Shown here one piece after another: positions 28,061 through 40,515 of a stretch of DNA of 64,000 nucleotides; within the stretch, counting starts at the first letter, position 1, and the number at the start of each line of letters is the position of its first letter. The stretch is from Octopus sinensis (Eukaryota). The DNA lies in assembly GCF_006345805.1 (NCBI RefSeq), contig NC_043003.1, positions 38,502,001-38,566,000 of the forward strand. The letters run 5' to 3'. A program made the position numbers and the translations under genes. The notes under the pieces were generated by a model that saw nothing but the letters and a program-made list of their open reading frames with translations, was not told the DNA's origin and did not search any database.

Positions 28061-30560
28061 CTCTTTAGTGTTCAGATTAATTTGTCAAATGTAATGCTTA
28101 TCTGTTCACATTAATTTTGGTTTATTCAGGTTCAAGTGGGGTGTCCACAATATTTGCTTTTAACTTTGTTAATTTTCTACACACAGATTTGAAATTTTGT
28201 AAATGGGTGCTTATATGCTAGTGGTTTATAGTTACCTAATTTTAGCTGATCTTTCTGATTAAATTTGACTTTTATGGGCAGGTAAATTTAATTAACAGGT
28301 GTAAAAACAATAACATTGTGAGTAAACACTAAAATTCATATTCTTAATACAGCTTTACCTGTTTGATACTAAAACTATCCCAGATGTCAACCGCCAACAA
28401 TTTTGTTTTTCAAGATGAGGTACATTTATTTGTATTAATTAAAATACAGGTGTAATCGGTACAGGATTTTATTGTTTCTCTATATTTCATTCAAACATTT
28501 TCATTGAAAATAATGTACAAAACTCTTTTACTAGTCAATATACCATTGGCTATGTACTCTCATACAATTTTAATTAATTCATTTACTTAATAGAATGCAT
28601 CTATTAAAAAAAGCTCATTAACAGGTGAGACAAAGGTGAATACAGGTGTGTAACATACTGAAAATTAATATGTATTTCTCACTTTCACAAATTATTTACA
28701 ATAAAATGAAAAGGAATATATGATAAAATAATATAGTTATGACATATTTCTGTGATGAAACTGCCCAAAGCACCCTTTACACAAGGGCACTTTGCAAAAG
28801 GAACACACATACGAAGTCTCAATCTGATACCTTTTTGCAGCGAAAGCCTGCAAACTTTTTTTTTTCTTCGATTTATCTCTTCAACTTTATGAAAGTCAAT
28901 ATTTTCTCTGTTGACATCCACCTCAGTTAATTTTGCTTTTCTTCCAGTTCTGTGCTTTCTAGAAGAAAAGCCCTCACATAACTGAGATGCGATGTCAACT
29001 AGAAATTTTAAATGGTCATAGTCCTTTGGTGGCAGAGGTACCTTGTGGTTTTTTACATATACAACATATGAATTAACTATAGCTAAATTAACTAAAAACC
29101 ACAAAATGTACCACTGTCATTTCTTCCCAGGTTGACCAACTGAGTAATATGCCTGATATTGGTCAGATTTATCAACCCTACCCATATATTTGTTATAACA
29201 AATATTCACTAGGGGTTTCCCCTCAGCACCAATACCAGGTTGTTTATTAGTAGACAAAAATAAAATGTCTGTTGTCTTTGAAAGCAGTAGCTAATAAATT
29301 TTCCTTTTGCATTTGTAAAATGTCCCCTTTTTTTTCAATTTTGTTTTCATTTCATGGGGTAAACCTTTATGGTTGCCCATAACAGTATTGCACATGTAAA
29401 TACTTACATGAGCAAGATTTTCTGCCAAAGCCACTGAAGGAAAAAAAAAAAAACGGTCAAAATAGAGGTGTCGGTGCTGATGGTGAAATGGTTCAGTAAG
29501 AGACCATACTACATCATGTCCCAATCCATATGGTCTGTTTCCATTATATTTTTTACCTGTGTAAACATCAAAGTTTACACAATATCCAGTGTCTGATTCA
29601 CAAACTTCTCATACCTTGATTCCCCATTTAGTAGGTTTGGTTGGCATATACTGCTGAAAATGTACTCTGCCCTTATAGCATATCATGGCTTCATCTACAC
29701 TGAGATTTTCCCCAGGTAGATATACAGTTTTATAATTATTAAAGAGTAAATCAATTACAGGACGTACTTTGTGCAGTTTGGTTTGTTTTCGCTGGGGCCA
29801 TTAGCAGAATCAGTTAAATGTAAATACTGAGATATTTTCAAATACCTCGTCTTCGACATTATACATGAGATATACGGATCGCCATACTTTATGTGAGGAC
29901 TCCAGTAATTCCACAGTCAAGGAAGCTGTTTAACACCAAACATAATATTGATTGTGAAGAACGCTCTCAATTCCACAGTATAAGTTGGCTGCCATAGTGG
30001 ATCGTTTCTTCCGCGAATAGAAATTATACATTGCGCATATTTGTTAGTTTCCTCTGTAACATTTTCAAAAAAACTTTCCGGTAAAAATGAAAATAGATAG
30101 TCCAATGTGGACCAGTGTTTTCTGTGAAATCAAGAATAATGTTTGGTGTTTGACCAGGTTGCCATGTTTACGATATCATTTTCATCACTTTTGTTCTCAA
30201 AATCTTCCTCGTCTGACGAATATTCACTAATATCGATATCAGATCCGTTCGATGACAAAATACTCATTTTCATTTATATTTTCTATATCGTCAAGAGTAA
30301 AAACTTCTAAGTCGGAATCGCTTCTTGCTGACAACATTTCATTAAAAACTAAGGTACAAACTTCTCTTCAAACGTTGGTCTAAACATTTTCACATGTGGT
30401 CTAAATATTTTCACACTATTTATACTTGAATAAAGGCAGGAAAGGCTTCATTTCGCATTATCTCAAAGCTAAGAGAATTCAATAACGTGATTTTTTTTTT
30501 TTTTTTTTAGCAATTTTGTAGAGCAGTCGGATACGGCCGGATTTGGCCAGTTTCAACACC
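28061..30560 (-). mobile_element. Decayed piggyBac (PGBD4-like) DNA transposon with transposase pseudogene at about 28690-30340
   Basis: Minus-strand fragments YLPGENLSVDEAMICYKGRVHFQQYMPTKPTKWGIKV*, HLYFDRFF and YNKYMGRVDKSDQY carry the DDD catalytic motifs. There is an acidic N-terminus and a frameshifted Cys-rich C-terminus. The left end starts TTAA|CTCTTTAGTGTTCAG. Multiple stops and frameshifts. Confidence 0.92.
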
Positions 30561-30628
30561 TATTCATTACTCTCAAAGAGTATGTATGTATGTATGTATG
30601 TATGTATGTGTGTGTGTATGTGTGTGTG

Positions 30629-30707
<79 letters not shown>

Positions 30708-31489
30708 CACATTCAGAATTTTAATATCAGTTTTTCCCCATGTTGGCATTGGCTGTTCAAGCCTGTCGTACATCATTCCCAATTACCTCAAGCTTTAATA
30801 TTTCATGGAGCCCAATAGTCTAAAAACTGATCTTGCTATGTTTTCTTCTGCTATGACTACCTTCTACTTATAGTACACAACATTTTTTTCCACCAAGCAC
30901 TCACTTCCATATCACATGTCTAGCTTATCAGTCAGTTCTCTTGATATCATTAATGCCAGCCATTCACTTAGCTCACATGTGCTCAACCTGTTACACAGTT
31001 AACATCACAGATCTTGCTTCATTTCTTTCCAGCCTCTGACAACCTTTTCTCCATATTTAGTTCTCATGAAAATGTACTCACAGCTCATCTTTAGAATAAA
31101 TTGAATCCTAAGCATGGATTAAATGCTTAAAGGTTCTCACCCCGTCCTCTCTCTCAATATGTGTGTATATGCAAATAATTTTCAGATTGATTACATGAGA
31201 AATTTTCTAGTTTTGCAATGTCTGAGACCAGACTTAGAGCCCTTAAACAACTAATGGACACCAGGAACCAATAGAGAGTCTCTACATGGTCACTCAACCA
31301 TCTAAAAATATTAACCAAATCTCCCTCAAATCACATCTTACTATCTGTAAAGAAAAAAAAGTAAAAAAATATGTAAAAATCACTGATGATCTTAAACAAA
31401 TTGACAGAAGAGCTAATATGTAACAGGTGCACAGTAGTTAGCAGTTGGAACGTCAACAAAGTTTTATCTTTCTAATGCTCAGAAGAATA

Positions 31490-31676
31490 GTTACAAGCAG
31501 TTGACAAGTTTCTGACATCCACGTAACCTAACCAACAGTTGAAGTGAATATTGTGAAAGTAAAGTAGCTAGAGTTAGAATGGGATGGAAAAAGTTTAGGA
31601 AATTACTACCTCTGTTGGAAACAAAAGATTTCTCAATCTGAGTGAAAAGTAGATTGTGTATAGTTGTTACGAAGTG

Positions 31677-31680
<4 letters not shown>
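31490..31680 (+). mobile_element. RTE LINE ORF2 fragment (family continues near 32790-32870)
   Basis: VARVRMGWKKFRKLLPLL; later LTEEMTRDQEMWRFAI. Confidence 0.7.
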
Positions 31681-31728
<48 letters not shown>

Positions 31729-31731
<3 letters not shown>

Positions 31732-32026
31732 CGTGACCGACCAGGCCATCAGATGTTACATATCGCTGGTCACAATGCGCTTCACATTGTTTTAGCCTTC
31801 AAATGACGCCACCCCACTGGCTAAGCAAGCAGGCCAACAGAAGAAAGAGTGAGAGAAAGTTGTGGCGAAAGAGTACAGCAGGGATCGCCACCTTCCCCTG
31901 CCGGAGCCTCATGGAGCTTTAGGTGTTTTCGCTCAATAAACACTCACAACGCCCAGTCTGGGAATCGAAACCGCGATCCTACGACCACGAGTCCGCTGCC
32001 CTAACCACTAGGCCATTGTGCCTCCA
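31729..32026 (-). mobile_element. tRNA-derived SINE family C
   Basis: Minus strand ggaggcacaaTGGCCTAGTGGTTAGG...GGTTTCGATTCCC carries A and B boxes. Inserted at a (TA)n run. Confidence 0.8.
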
Positions 32027-32257
32027 TATATATTAACCCTTTAATATCCACACATATTCAGCTTTTAAATCACTGGATTACTGCCCTTACATCAATACCT
32101 TATAAAGGCATATTTTAAATTTTCTTCCTTTGTTAATTTTATTTCCAATATCCTAATTAGCCCAAAGCCTAAACAACAGTCATTTCTATTTTACTTAATT
32201 TTTCAAAATACGATATAACTCCACTATTTATTCACTTATATTTTCCTCCATGAAATA

Positions 32258-32721
32258 TATTATATATATATATTAGGGTAATAAGAATTATAGAAATTAT
32301 TATTACCAGTGCCTAGCACAAAAAAAAAAAAAAGTCAATAGACTATATATTATTCACATAAAAATATCGAACACATTAAGAGGCTTCCAAATAGGAAAGC
32401 CTATTTTCTACTGCTCTTTCTAGCACAAGGCTTTCCTATCTGGAAGCCTCTTAAAGTGTTCTAATGTACACGATATTTTTATGTATATATATATATATTA
32501 TATATATATATTAGGGTAATAAGAATTATAGAAATTATTATTACCAGTGCCTAGCACAAAAAAAAAAAAAAGTCAATAGACTATATATTATTCACATAAA
32601 AATATCGAACACATTAAGAGGCTTCCAAATAGGAAAGCCTATTTTCTACTGCTCTTTCTAGCACAAGGCTTTCCTATCTGGAAGCCTCTTAAAGTGTTCT
32701 AATGTACACGATATTTTTATG

Positions 32722-32740
<19 letters not shown>
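32258..32740. repeat. Near-identical 238-bp tandem duplication, each unit containing an inverted repeat
   Basis: ttagggtaataagaatt recurs at 32273 and 32511. Each unit has cataaaaatatcg..ttaagaggcttccaaataggaaagcct / aggctttcctatctggaagcctcttaa..cgatatttttatg. Confidence 0.93.
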
Positions 32741-32764
<24 letters not shown>

Positions 32765-33601
32765 CCAGTACCTTGTTATTTTCTCATGCTAAGCCTCACT
32801 GAGGAAATGACAAGGGACCAGGAGATGTGGCGATTTGCTATACTTGATAAGATGTGTCAAGCTAAGTAAAAGCTGCTATTTTCCACACATACAAGCTCTA
32901 CACAATTTCTGTTGTTAGAAATGAGGGGTAGCAGCAAGTGTGTGACAACTTGTTCTCATCACAAGTGTCTGATGAGGATAGGCTTTTGGTAGTGGTGGCA
33001 ATAAGAGTGACAGAAGAGCATTATATAAATGCTTGCAACAGAATGAACTCAGTTAAAGACACCAAAGATCCAGCTGGTGGTAACTATGTTAAGCCCTGGG
33101 TCATCCCTGACTGAGCACACTGATGATGAAAGACAGTCTAACCTTGATTGCTGCATCATTTTATCCAAAATATAGTCTTTTACTATAAGATTACATTTTC
33201 TAATGTGTTCTTTTTCAAATTAGGAGGGTACAACTGGAGAAAATTTGACTAATATTTCTGAGGACAACATAAAGGTTTCCATATGTGCTGAAACTGGAAA
33301 GTGTACGAGGCCTTCCGACCAAATTCTTTACAATATTGTAACAACAACAACGACAATAATAATTGCTATAACCTTTTAAGGGCCAGTTCTTAACTCCTGG
33401 TTTATAGTGTTAAGTACATGGATAGCATACTCTTATCTAGGGTAACATTTCTAAAAGTATCAGCCCTGCACTAATCATTAAATCCAATCTTTCTTTCCCA
33501 GAACATCAGCTCTATGAAATTTCTTCCTTGCAAAATCACTACCTCATGATTATGAGCCCAACGACCTAGCCACTGAGTCATGTGCCTTCATAAATATAGC
33601 T

Positions 33602-33673
33602 TTCCCATGCCAGGAATCAAATCCGAGATGCCTGGGTGAAAGCCAGGAATCCTATCCATTATACCACCTTATT
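33602..33673 (-). pseudogene. tRNA-Glu(TTC) pseudogene
   Basis: Minus strand ggtggtataatggataggattCCTGG-ctTTCac-CCAGGcatctcggatttgattcctggcatgggaa resembles eukaryotic tRNA-Glu-TTC. The anticodon stem is intact; the 5' acceptor strand and B-box are degraded. Confidence 0.75.
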
Positions 33674-35132
33674 CAATCAACCAACCACAATATTATGTAG
33701 CCAGCACCAGTTTCAAATCTTCTCAAGGGCAACAGAAAAATAAACATACTTCCATTGCTCTGAGATCAAGAGACTACTACCCTTTAATGGATACCTCTGG
33801 CTGAAGAGTAACTTGATTTCCTTAGCTTGCAAAAGATTGCTAACTTAAGCCTGAACTGATTACTTAATACTGACTAACAAGAATATTGTTACTTGAGAAA
33901 TAGGGTGTGTAATTAATAACACCAGAGTCACCTACCACCTGTAATACTGCAGCTTCTGCTGCTAACAAAAAATTCAGGAATTATTGGATATTCCATAATC
34001 TCTGAGCAGATTAAATTGATTGGTAATTGGTTTGAAACTGAGAACGTGGTATTGTATTTCAGCCGATGAGCTCAACAACAACAACAACTGGCATACACAA
34101 CATTCCACAATGTGTAATCTGATATTATCATATTAATAGCTCAGTCTTGCTGCTGCACACAAACCTTGATTCACAAACACAAAAACCTTATTATTACATG
34201 GATCTCTCCAATGTGCAAACACCATGCCCACCCTCGTGTGTTTCCTCTATAGATAACACACAGAAATAGAGGAGAAAGGTTAGTTAATTAGTTAGGTGTG
34301 TGTGTGTGTACACCAGTATCATAGAAGAAACATTGACAGTACTATTAAAATCAAACTTCAGGAGGCCAGAGTCCCACAAATGAGATGAAACAAAATCAAA
34401 AGAAGAGGCATTTTGTTGCGCTACAAACCATTTCAACCCAATATTGGAAAACGAACAATATGGTGGTTACACACATTATTAATGTTAGTTCTCATGTCAT
34501 TTTTAGAAAAAACAGTTCGACATTAATTGAAGGATTACTCCATACATTTATGAAGAATATGTCGCATTTACAATATTTTTACAAGGGAAAGGTTGACTGA
34601 CTTTGAAGTTCAGCTCAGTTGTCTTTATCAATTTAACTAAGGTAAATGAACTGAAACTTTAATCACTACCAAAATTTCCCTTGTAAAAATAAACTATAGA
34701 CACACACATAGATATATACACACATATACATACATACACACATATATACATACATACACACACACACACACATACATACATACACACATATACATACATA
34801 CACACACACACACATCTTATGTTTCATTTCTTTAAGTTGTTGGACTGCAGCCATGCTCGGACACCATGTTAAAGGGTTTCAGTCAAACAAATTGACCCCA
34901 GCACTTACTTATAAGCCTGGTACTTATTCTATTGGCCCCTTTGACCAAACTGCTACATTACAGGGATGTAACAAATGAAAAGACACATACAATGGGCTTT
35001 TTATTTCCATCTACCAAAGCCACTCACAAGGCTTTCATTGGCCCAGGGCTGTAGAAAACACTTGCCATGTCTTGTGACTGAACCAAAAACCATATGGTTG
35101 GGATGCAAATTTCATAATTGCACAGCCATTCC

Positions 35133-35348
35133 TAGGGTGGCCCAAAAGTCACAAAAGTGTTGGTAACTCATTTAAGTTTTATTTTAAATTTACTGTACCA
35201 TATAACTACTGCACCATATACAGTAGGTATATAGAAAATATATGTACAGTAGGCATGAAAAATCACACCTTGTATACTACAATACAAAAATGGAATTAAA
35301 ACAAATTTATGAGAATTTTTGATCCCTTTGTGACTTTAGGGCCACCAT
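35133..35348. mobile_element. Tc1/mariner-like MITE
   Basis: TIRs GGTGGCCCAAAAGTCACAAA / TTTGTGACTTTAGGGCCACC next to TA dinucleotides. Confidence 0.65.
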
Positions 35349-35350
35349 AT

Positions 35351-35608
35351 ATATCAATCATAAGGGTGTGCAAGGTGCCTACAAGCTAGAAAGAGGAGTA
35401 AAAACCATCATTTAAACCACCAATAACACTGAAAAATACAACAGAAAATCAACAATTGTTTGGCGAAAGATTTAAAGAATATTTAACCCATTCGCCCAAC
35501 TACTGTTGATTTTCTGTCTTATTTTTCAGTGTTATTTGGTGGTTTAAATGAGGGTTTTAACTCCTCTTTCTAACAGGTAGATACCTTGTGCACCCTTATA
35601 ATTGATAT
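35351..35608. repeat. About 255-bp imperfect palindrome (foldback)
   Basis: Arms of about 115 bp: atatcaatcataagggtg...aaatcaaca and tgttgattttc...cacccttataattgatat. Confidence 0.9.
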
Positions 35609-35912
35609 AAATTTTAATTCTATAGCTATCTAATGCTATTTAAGGCCTGCAACTACCTATATTATTGTTGCTATTATCAACTATTCATATTACTGCAGAT
35701 AATAATAACAATAATATGTATATAAATATTCACTCGTAGATATTTACTCAGTTTATATATATATATATGTATGTAACTTTTTTGTACAGTATTGAGTGAA
35801 GCACATTCACAGTTTAGGCTACCTGATGTCATCTACAGTTGGGGTATATTTCTGCAGGATCTACTGAAGCAAGACTATTGCCAAATCCATCTTCCATTTC
35901 ATTTATTGATTT

Positions 35913-35948
<36 letters not shown>

Positions 35949-35951
35949 CAC

Positions 35952-36033
35952 ACTAGGGTACTACATGAGTACCTGCTTCACTAAAGATAGACTTCTATTT
36001 TTAGCAAAGCAGGTGCTTATGTAGTACCCTAGT
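35952..36033. repeat. 82-bp near-perfect palindrome
   Basis: 40-bp arms ACTAGGGTACTACATGAGTACCTGCTT... and ...AAGCAGGTGCTTATGTAGTACCCTAGT around a 2-nt centre. Confidence 0.92.
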
Positions 36034-37266
36034 ATATACAAATATACTTATATATCTTATGTATAATTATTAATTTTGCCTATACGGCTTTTATGCTTGT
36101 GGCTACTAACATTATTTTTAGGAATAATAATGTTATATATATATATATATATATTACAGAGATGCATTTGCAGGTACAAAGACAAGAAAAAGCATAGCTT
36201 ATTTATTCACTGCAACACGACACTACATTTCTTTTTTTTTTTTAATGCATTCAAACATATGTGAAAAAGTTATAAACTCAGCATAGCCACAAGCTTCCAA
36301 CAAATATATCACATGTACAGAGACATACATACTATAGTGACAGCTAGTGCATCATACTCTAAATATTTACTTCTAAAGCACAGAGGTGAAAAAATTCTAG
36401 TTTTGATTATTAACCATAATAAAATTTAATTAGAGTTAAAGAATAGAATGGATGGAAGTAATTAACAGTTACTATTGTTGCTTTTGTTAACTGTTCTCAT
36501 CAGGAATGTGGCACAGATAAATTCAAAGTCCCAATCTTCAGCAGTTATCTTCTTTTACTTGTTTCAGCCATTGGACTGTGACCATACCGGGGAACCACCT
36601 TGAAAGTATTTTATTCATTTTTTTTTTAATTTCTGGTACTTATTCTATTGGTTTCTTTTGCCAAGCAGCTAAGTTACAGGAGCTTAAACACACACACACA
36701 CACACAGATAGATAACAGATTTCAACACAGTTTCTGTCTACCAAATTCACTCACAAGGCACTGGGGAGCCCAGAGGTATAATAGAAGACACTTGCCCAAG
36801 GTGCTGCTCAGAGGGACTGAACCCAAAACCACATGGTTGCAAAGAGAGCTTCTTAATCAAACAGCCATGCCTGTGCCTATAACCCAATAGTGATAATAAT
36901 AATAATAGTAATAACAATAATAATCCTTTCGATTATAGGCACAAGGCCTGAAACTGGAGGGAAGGGACTAGTCAATTACATCAACCCCAGTACTCAACTA
37001 GTACTTATTTCACTGACCCCAAAAGGATGAAAGGCAAACTCGACCTCAGCAGAATTTGAACTCAGAACATAAGGGGACACAAAATGCCACTAAGCATTTT
37101 GCCCAGCATGTTAACAATTCTGCCAGCACACCACTTTGATAATGATAATAACAGTAATTGCAAACGAAGACACAGCATCATACAGTGTACTTGGGTCAGC
37201 TTGGGGTTATGACAAAGGCATTTGCTCAAGTCTTGCACAGTGGAATTGATGATGATAATAATAATG

Positions 37267-37309
<43 letters not shown>

Positions 37310-38442
37310 CAATAATAATACTTTTTGGTGTATCTTGGGAGGGTCATTATGCCAATAATCAACATATGCAACAGTTCAATTTCACCTCTTTATTATAATT
37401 ATTCATCAATTGGTTAGTTATTTAACCAGCTAATAGATTGATTATTCATTCAGTTAGTTAATCAGTGGTGTTTGTCAAAATCTTTTCATTGCCATTCAAA
37501 CAATCAGTTATTTGATTAAATAGCTAACCAACTGATGAATAATAATAATAATAATAATTATAATAAAGAAGAGAAATTCAAACAGTACATGTGTTTATTA
37601 TTGGTGTAATGACCCTACTAAGATACAACAAAATCTGTTTCAACATACAATCTGACATCAAGAACCCTGTAAACACCAAATATACAAAACAAAATACTAC
37701 TTAGTCTATACTAAGATATTAAAAGTGAAAGTAGTCAAAAAATCGGGTCATATATAAAATCATATCTTGAACAGTTGGTTGCTGAGAAAGTCATGTGCCA
37801 AATAGCTGATGATGAGCATCACAGAGTCAATGCAGGACAAATGATTTTACTAGCACTAGTCTACTCACAGCCTTTTTGAAGCAACTAAGAAAGTAACATG
37901 TTGCAGGTATTAAAGGAAAAGGCATCTTGCCACTAATACTGAAGGTAGCTGAAATTGCAGAGGCATCTAAACCTATTTACATTGTTAAAATAATCATTTA
38001 GAATAAATCAGATAAATACTGCGATTAAACATTGGAAAACAGAAAAAAAGTTGCTAGTGTCTTTAGAAAATATGTAAAACAAACACTGATTCATTTTTGA
38101 GGAAAATCGAGTGGTCTGAAGCAAGTAACAGAATTTGATGGTGTGTATACATGTTCAAACTCTCACATGTAAAAAGATACAAGTAAAATGCATGAGAGTA
38201 TGGAAATGTATTTTGGAGAATATCTGTAGAAAAAAAAATACACATACACAAACTTGTGTGTGTGTGTATGTATGTATGCAGAGTAGATAAAACAGGGGAC
38301 AACAGATGAAGGGAATGTTCTTTATGTTGCTTGTTTCGTTTCTGTTTCTTTTGTTGTTCGAAAAAATTTTGCTTTCCATGTTTTTGTTTTTCCTGTTCTC
38401 ATTTTTCATGTTGTTTATGTTTTTTGACATCCCATACCCATA

Positions 38443-38479
<37 letters not shown>

Positions 38480-38486
<7 letters not shown>

Positions 38487-39061
38487 GAAGACCTGTTGAG
38501 GCAAGTGAAATCAAAATCAAATTCGATGACTGGAATCCATGCTAGCGGGATGCAAAGAGCACCATAGAGTGTGATTGTTGACAGAGTGGCTAACCAGCTT
38601 CCGTGCCAGTGGCACATAAAGGCACCATTCGAGTGTGATCGCTACCAGCATCGCCTTGCTGGCACTTGTGCCCGTGCTAGTAGGGTGCCAAGAGCACCAT
38701 CCGAGCGTGATCGTTGCCAGAGCAGCCAACTGGCTTCCGTGCCGGTGGCACATAAAAGGGCACCATTCGAGCGTGATCATTACCAACGTCGCCTTACTGG
38801 CACCTGTGCCGGTGGCATGTGTAAAAAGATTCAAGCGAGGTCATTGCCAGTACCGCCTGACTGGCTCCCATGCCGGTGGCACGTAAAAAGCACCCACTAA
38901 ACTCTCAGAGTGGTTGGCATTAGGAAGGGCATCCAGCTGTAGAAACTCTGCCAGATCAAGATTGGAGCCTGGTGCAGCTATCTGGTTCGCCAGCCCTCAG
39001 TCAAAATTGTCCAACCCATGCTAGCATGGAAAGCAGACTTTAAACGATGATGATGATGATG
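38480..39061 (+). mobile_element. RTE LINE 3' UTR fragment with internal ~60-70 bp tandem units
   Basis: Matches the 3' UTR of the 21066-22245 element and ends (GAT)n. Confidence 0.85.
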
Positions 39062-39095
39062 TAGGTATGTACATATATGTATATATATATATATA

Positions 39096-39132
<37 letters not shown>

Positions 39133-39665
39133 TATATTATGTATATACATATATATACACACACACTTAAACTTGTGTATATATATGTGTGTGTGTGTGT
39201 GTATATATTCTTTTGTTTTGATTGCTTCAGTCATTTGACTGTGGCCATGTTGGAACAATGCCTTTAGTCGAAGAAATTGACCCCAGGATTTATTCTTTGT
39301 AAGCCTAGCACTTATTCTATTGGTCTCTTTTTGCCGAACTACTAAGTTACAGGGATGTAAACACAGCAACATCAGTTGTCAAGCGATGGTGGAGGGACAA
39401 ACACAGACACACAAACATATATATACACTATGGTCTTTTTTCAGCTTCCATCTACCAAATCCACTCACATGGTTTTGGTCGGCCCAAGGCAATAGCAGAA
39501 GACACTCACCCAAGGTGCCACACAGTGGTTGGGAAGCAAGTTTCTTACTACACAGCCATACCTGCACCTGCATGTATGTATATGCATGTGTGTGCGTTAA
39601 ATAAAATGAGACAACAAAGCCAAAGCTGGGTGGAATTTATAGGACATTTATAAAGGGGAATGTAG

Positions 39666-39711
39666 TCTTACAGCTGTTTCTGGGATAATAGGGATATCCC
39701 TTCATCAGAGA
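39666..39711 (-). ncRNA. Minimal type-I hammerhead ribozyme motif with intact core
   Basis: Minus strand: TCT-CTGATGA-A-GGGAT-atccctatt-ATCCC-A-GAAA-CAGCTG-TA-AGA. Stem III is palindromic (CAGCTG); stem I is 3 bp. Confidence 0.75.
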
Positions 39712-40293
39712 AGATATAAGAGAGTTAACTGGAGGGAAATAGTAGGGTTCAATATAAGGAGTTATTTGGAAAAAGGGTGGATATAGGAAGTATAAAGGGA
39801 AATAAGAGTATAAAAATGAAAAAAATATATATATAGGATGTTACAGTAGCAGTTCCATTATCCAAGGAAAGTGTAGAATGGATAGAAATGCTTCTTCTCC
39901 ATGCTATGTAATTTCAATAAGAGTTCATATTTTGTTATTACAAGTAGATAGTGTGGAAACATAAATTTCATGTGCTGTTCAAACTTTGTGGTGTGAATGA
40001 AATTTTGAGAACATACTGGTAGGGGTAAGTAGATAGAGAGAAGAGAATAGATAATGTTAGAAGGAGGATGGTATAAGGCAAAAGGAATAGGGGAATATAT
40101 ATATATATATGATTGCTCAAAATGGGGAATAGACAGACAGCCAACAACTGATGAAGGCTTTTTCTTTGTATTCTTTGTATTACTTGTCTTATTTTCCATT
40201 TTAATCTCTCATTATATGCGTATTTAACTCATTTGTTTCCGTATCTCATGCTGTTTACTGTTGGTCATGTCCTGCACCCATATATGCATACAC

Positions 40294-40342
<49 letters not shown>

Positions 40343-40458
40343 TGCGTGTATATATATGTGCATGTGTGTATATATATATATATGCATGTGTGTATATATA
40401 TGTGCATGTGTGTATATATATGTGCATGTGTATATATATATGTGCATGTGTGTGTATA

Positions 40459-40514
<56 letters not shown>

Positions 40515-40515
<1 letters not shown>

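Noticed and set aside
28685-30342. Functional or domesticated PGBD gene
   Set aside because: Multiple in-frame stops and frameshifts, and the transposon end is still attached.
31115-31136. Possible displaced right TIR of the piggyBac (ggattaaatgcttaaaggtt)
   Set aside because: The match is short and AT-rich, has no TTAA, and lies about 550 bp from the last clear homology.
35458-35490. FGERFKEYL, resembling a GIY-YIG motif, in the palindrome centre
   Set aside because: Too short, with no supporting upstream GIY/YIG residues.
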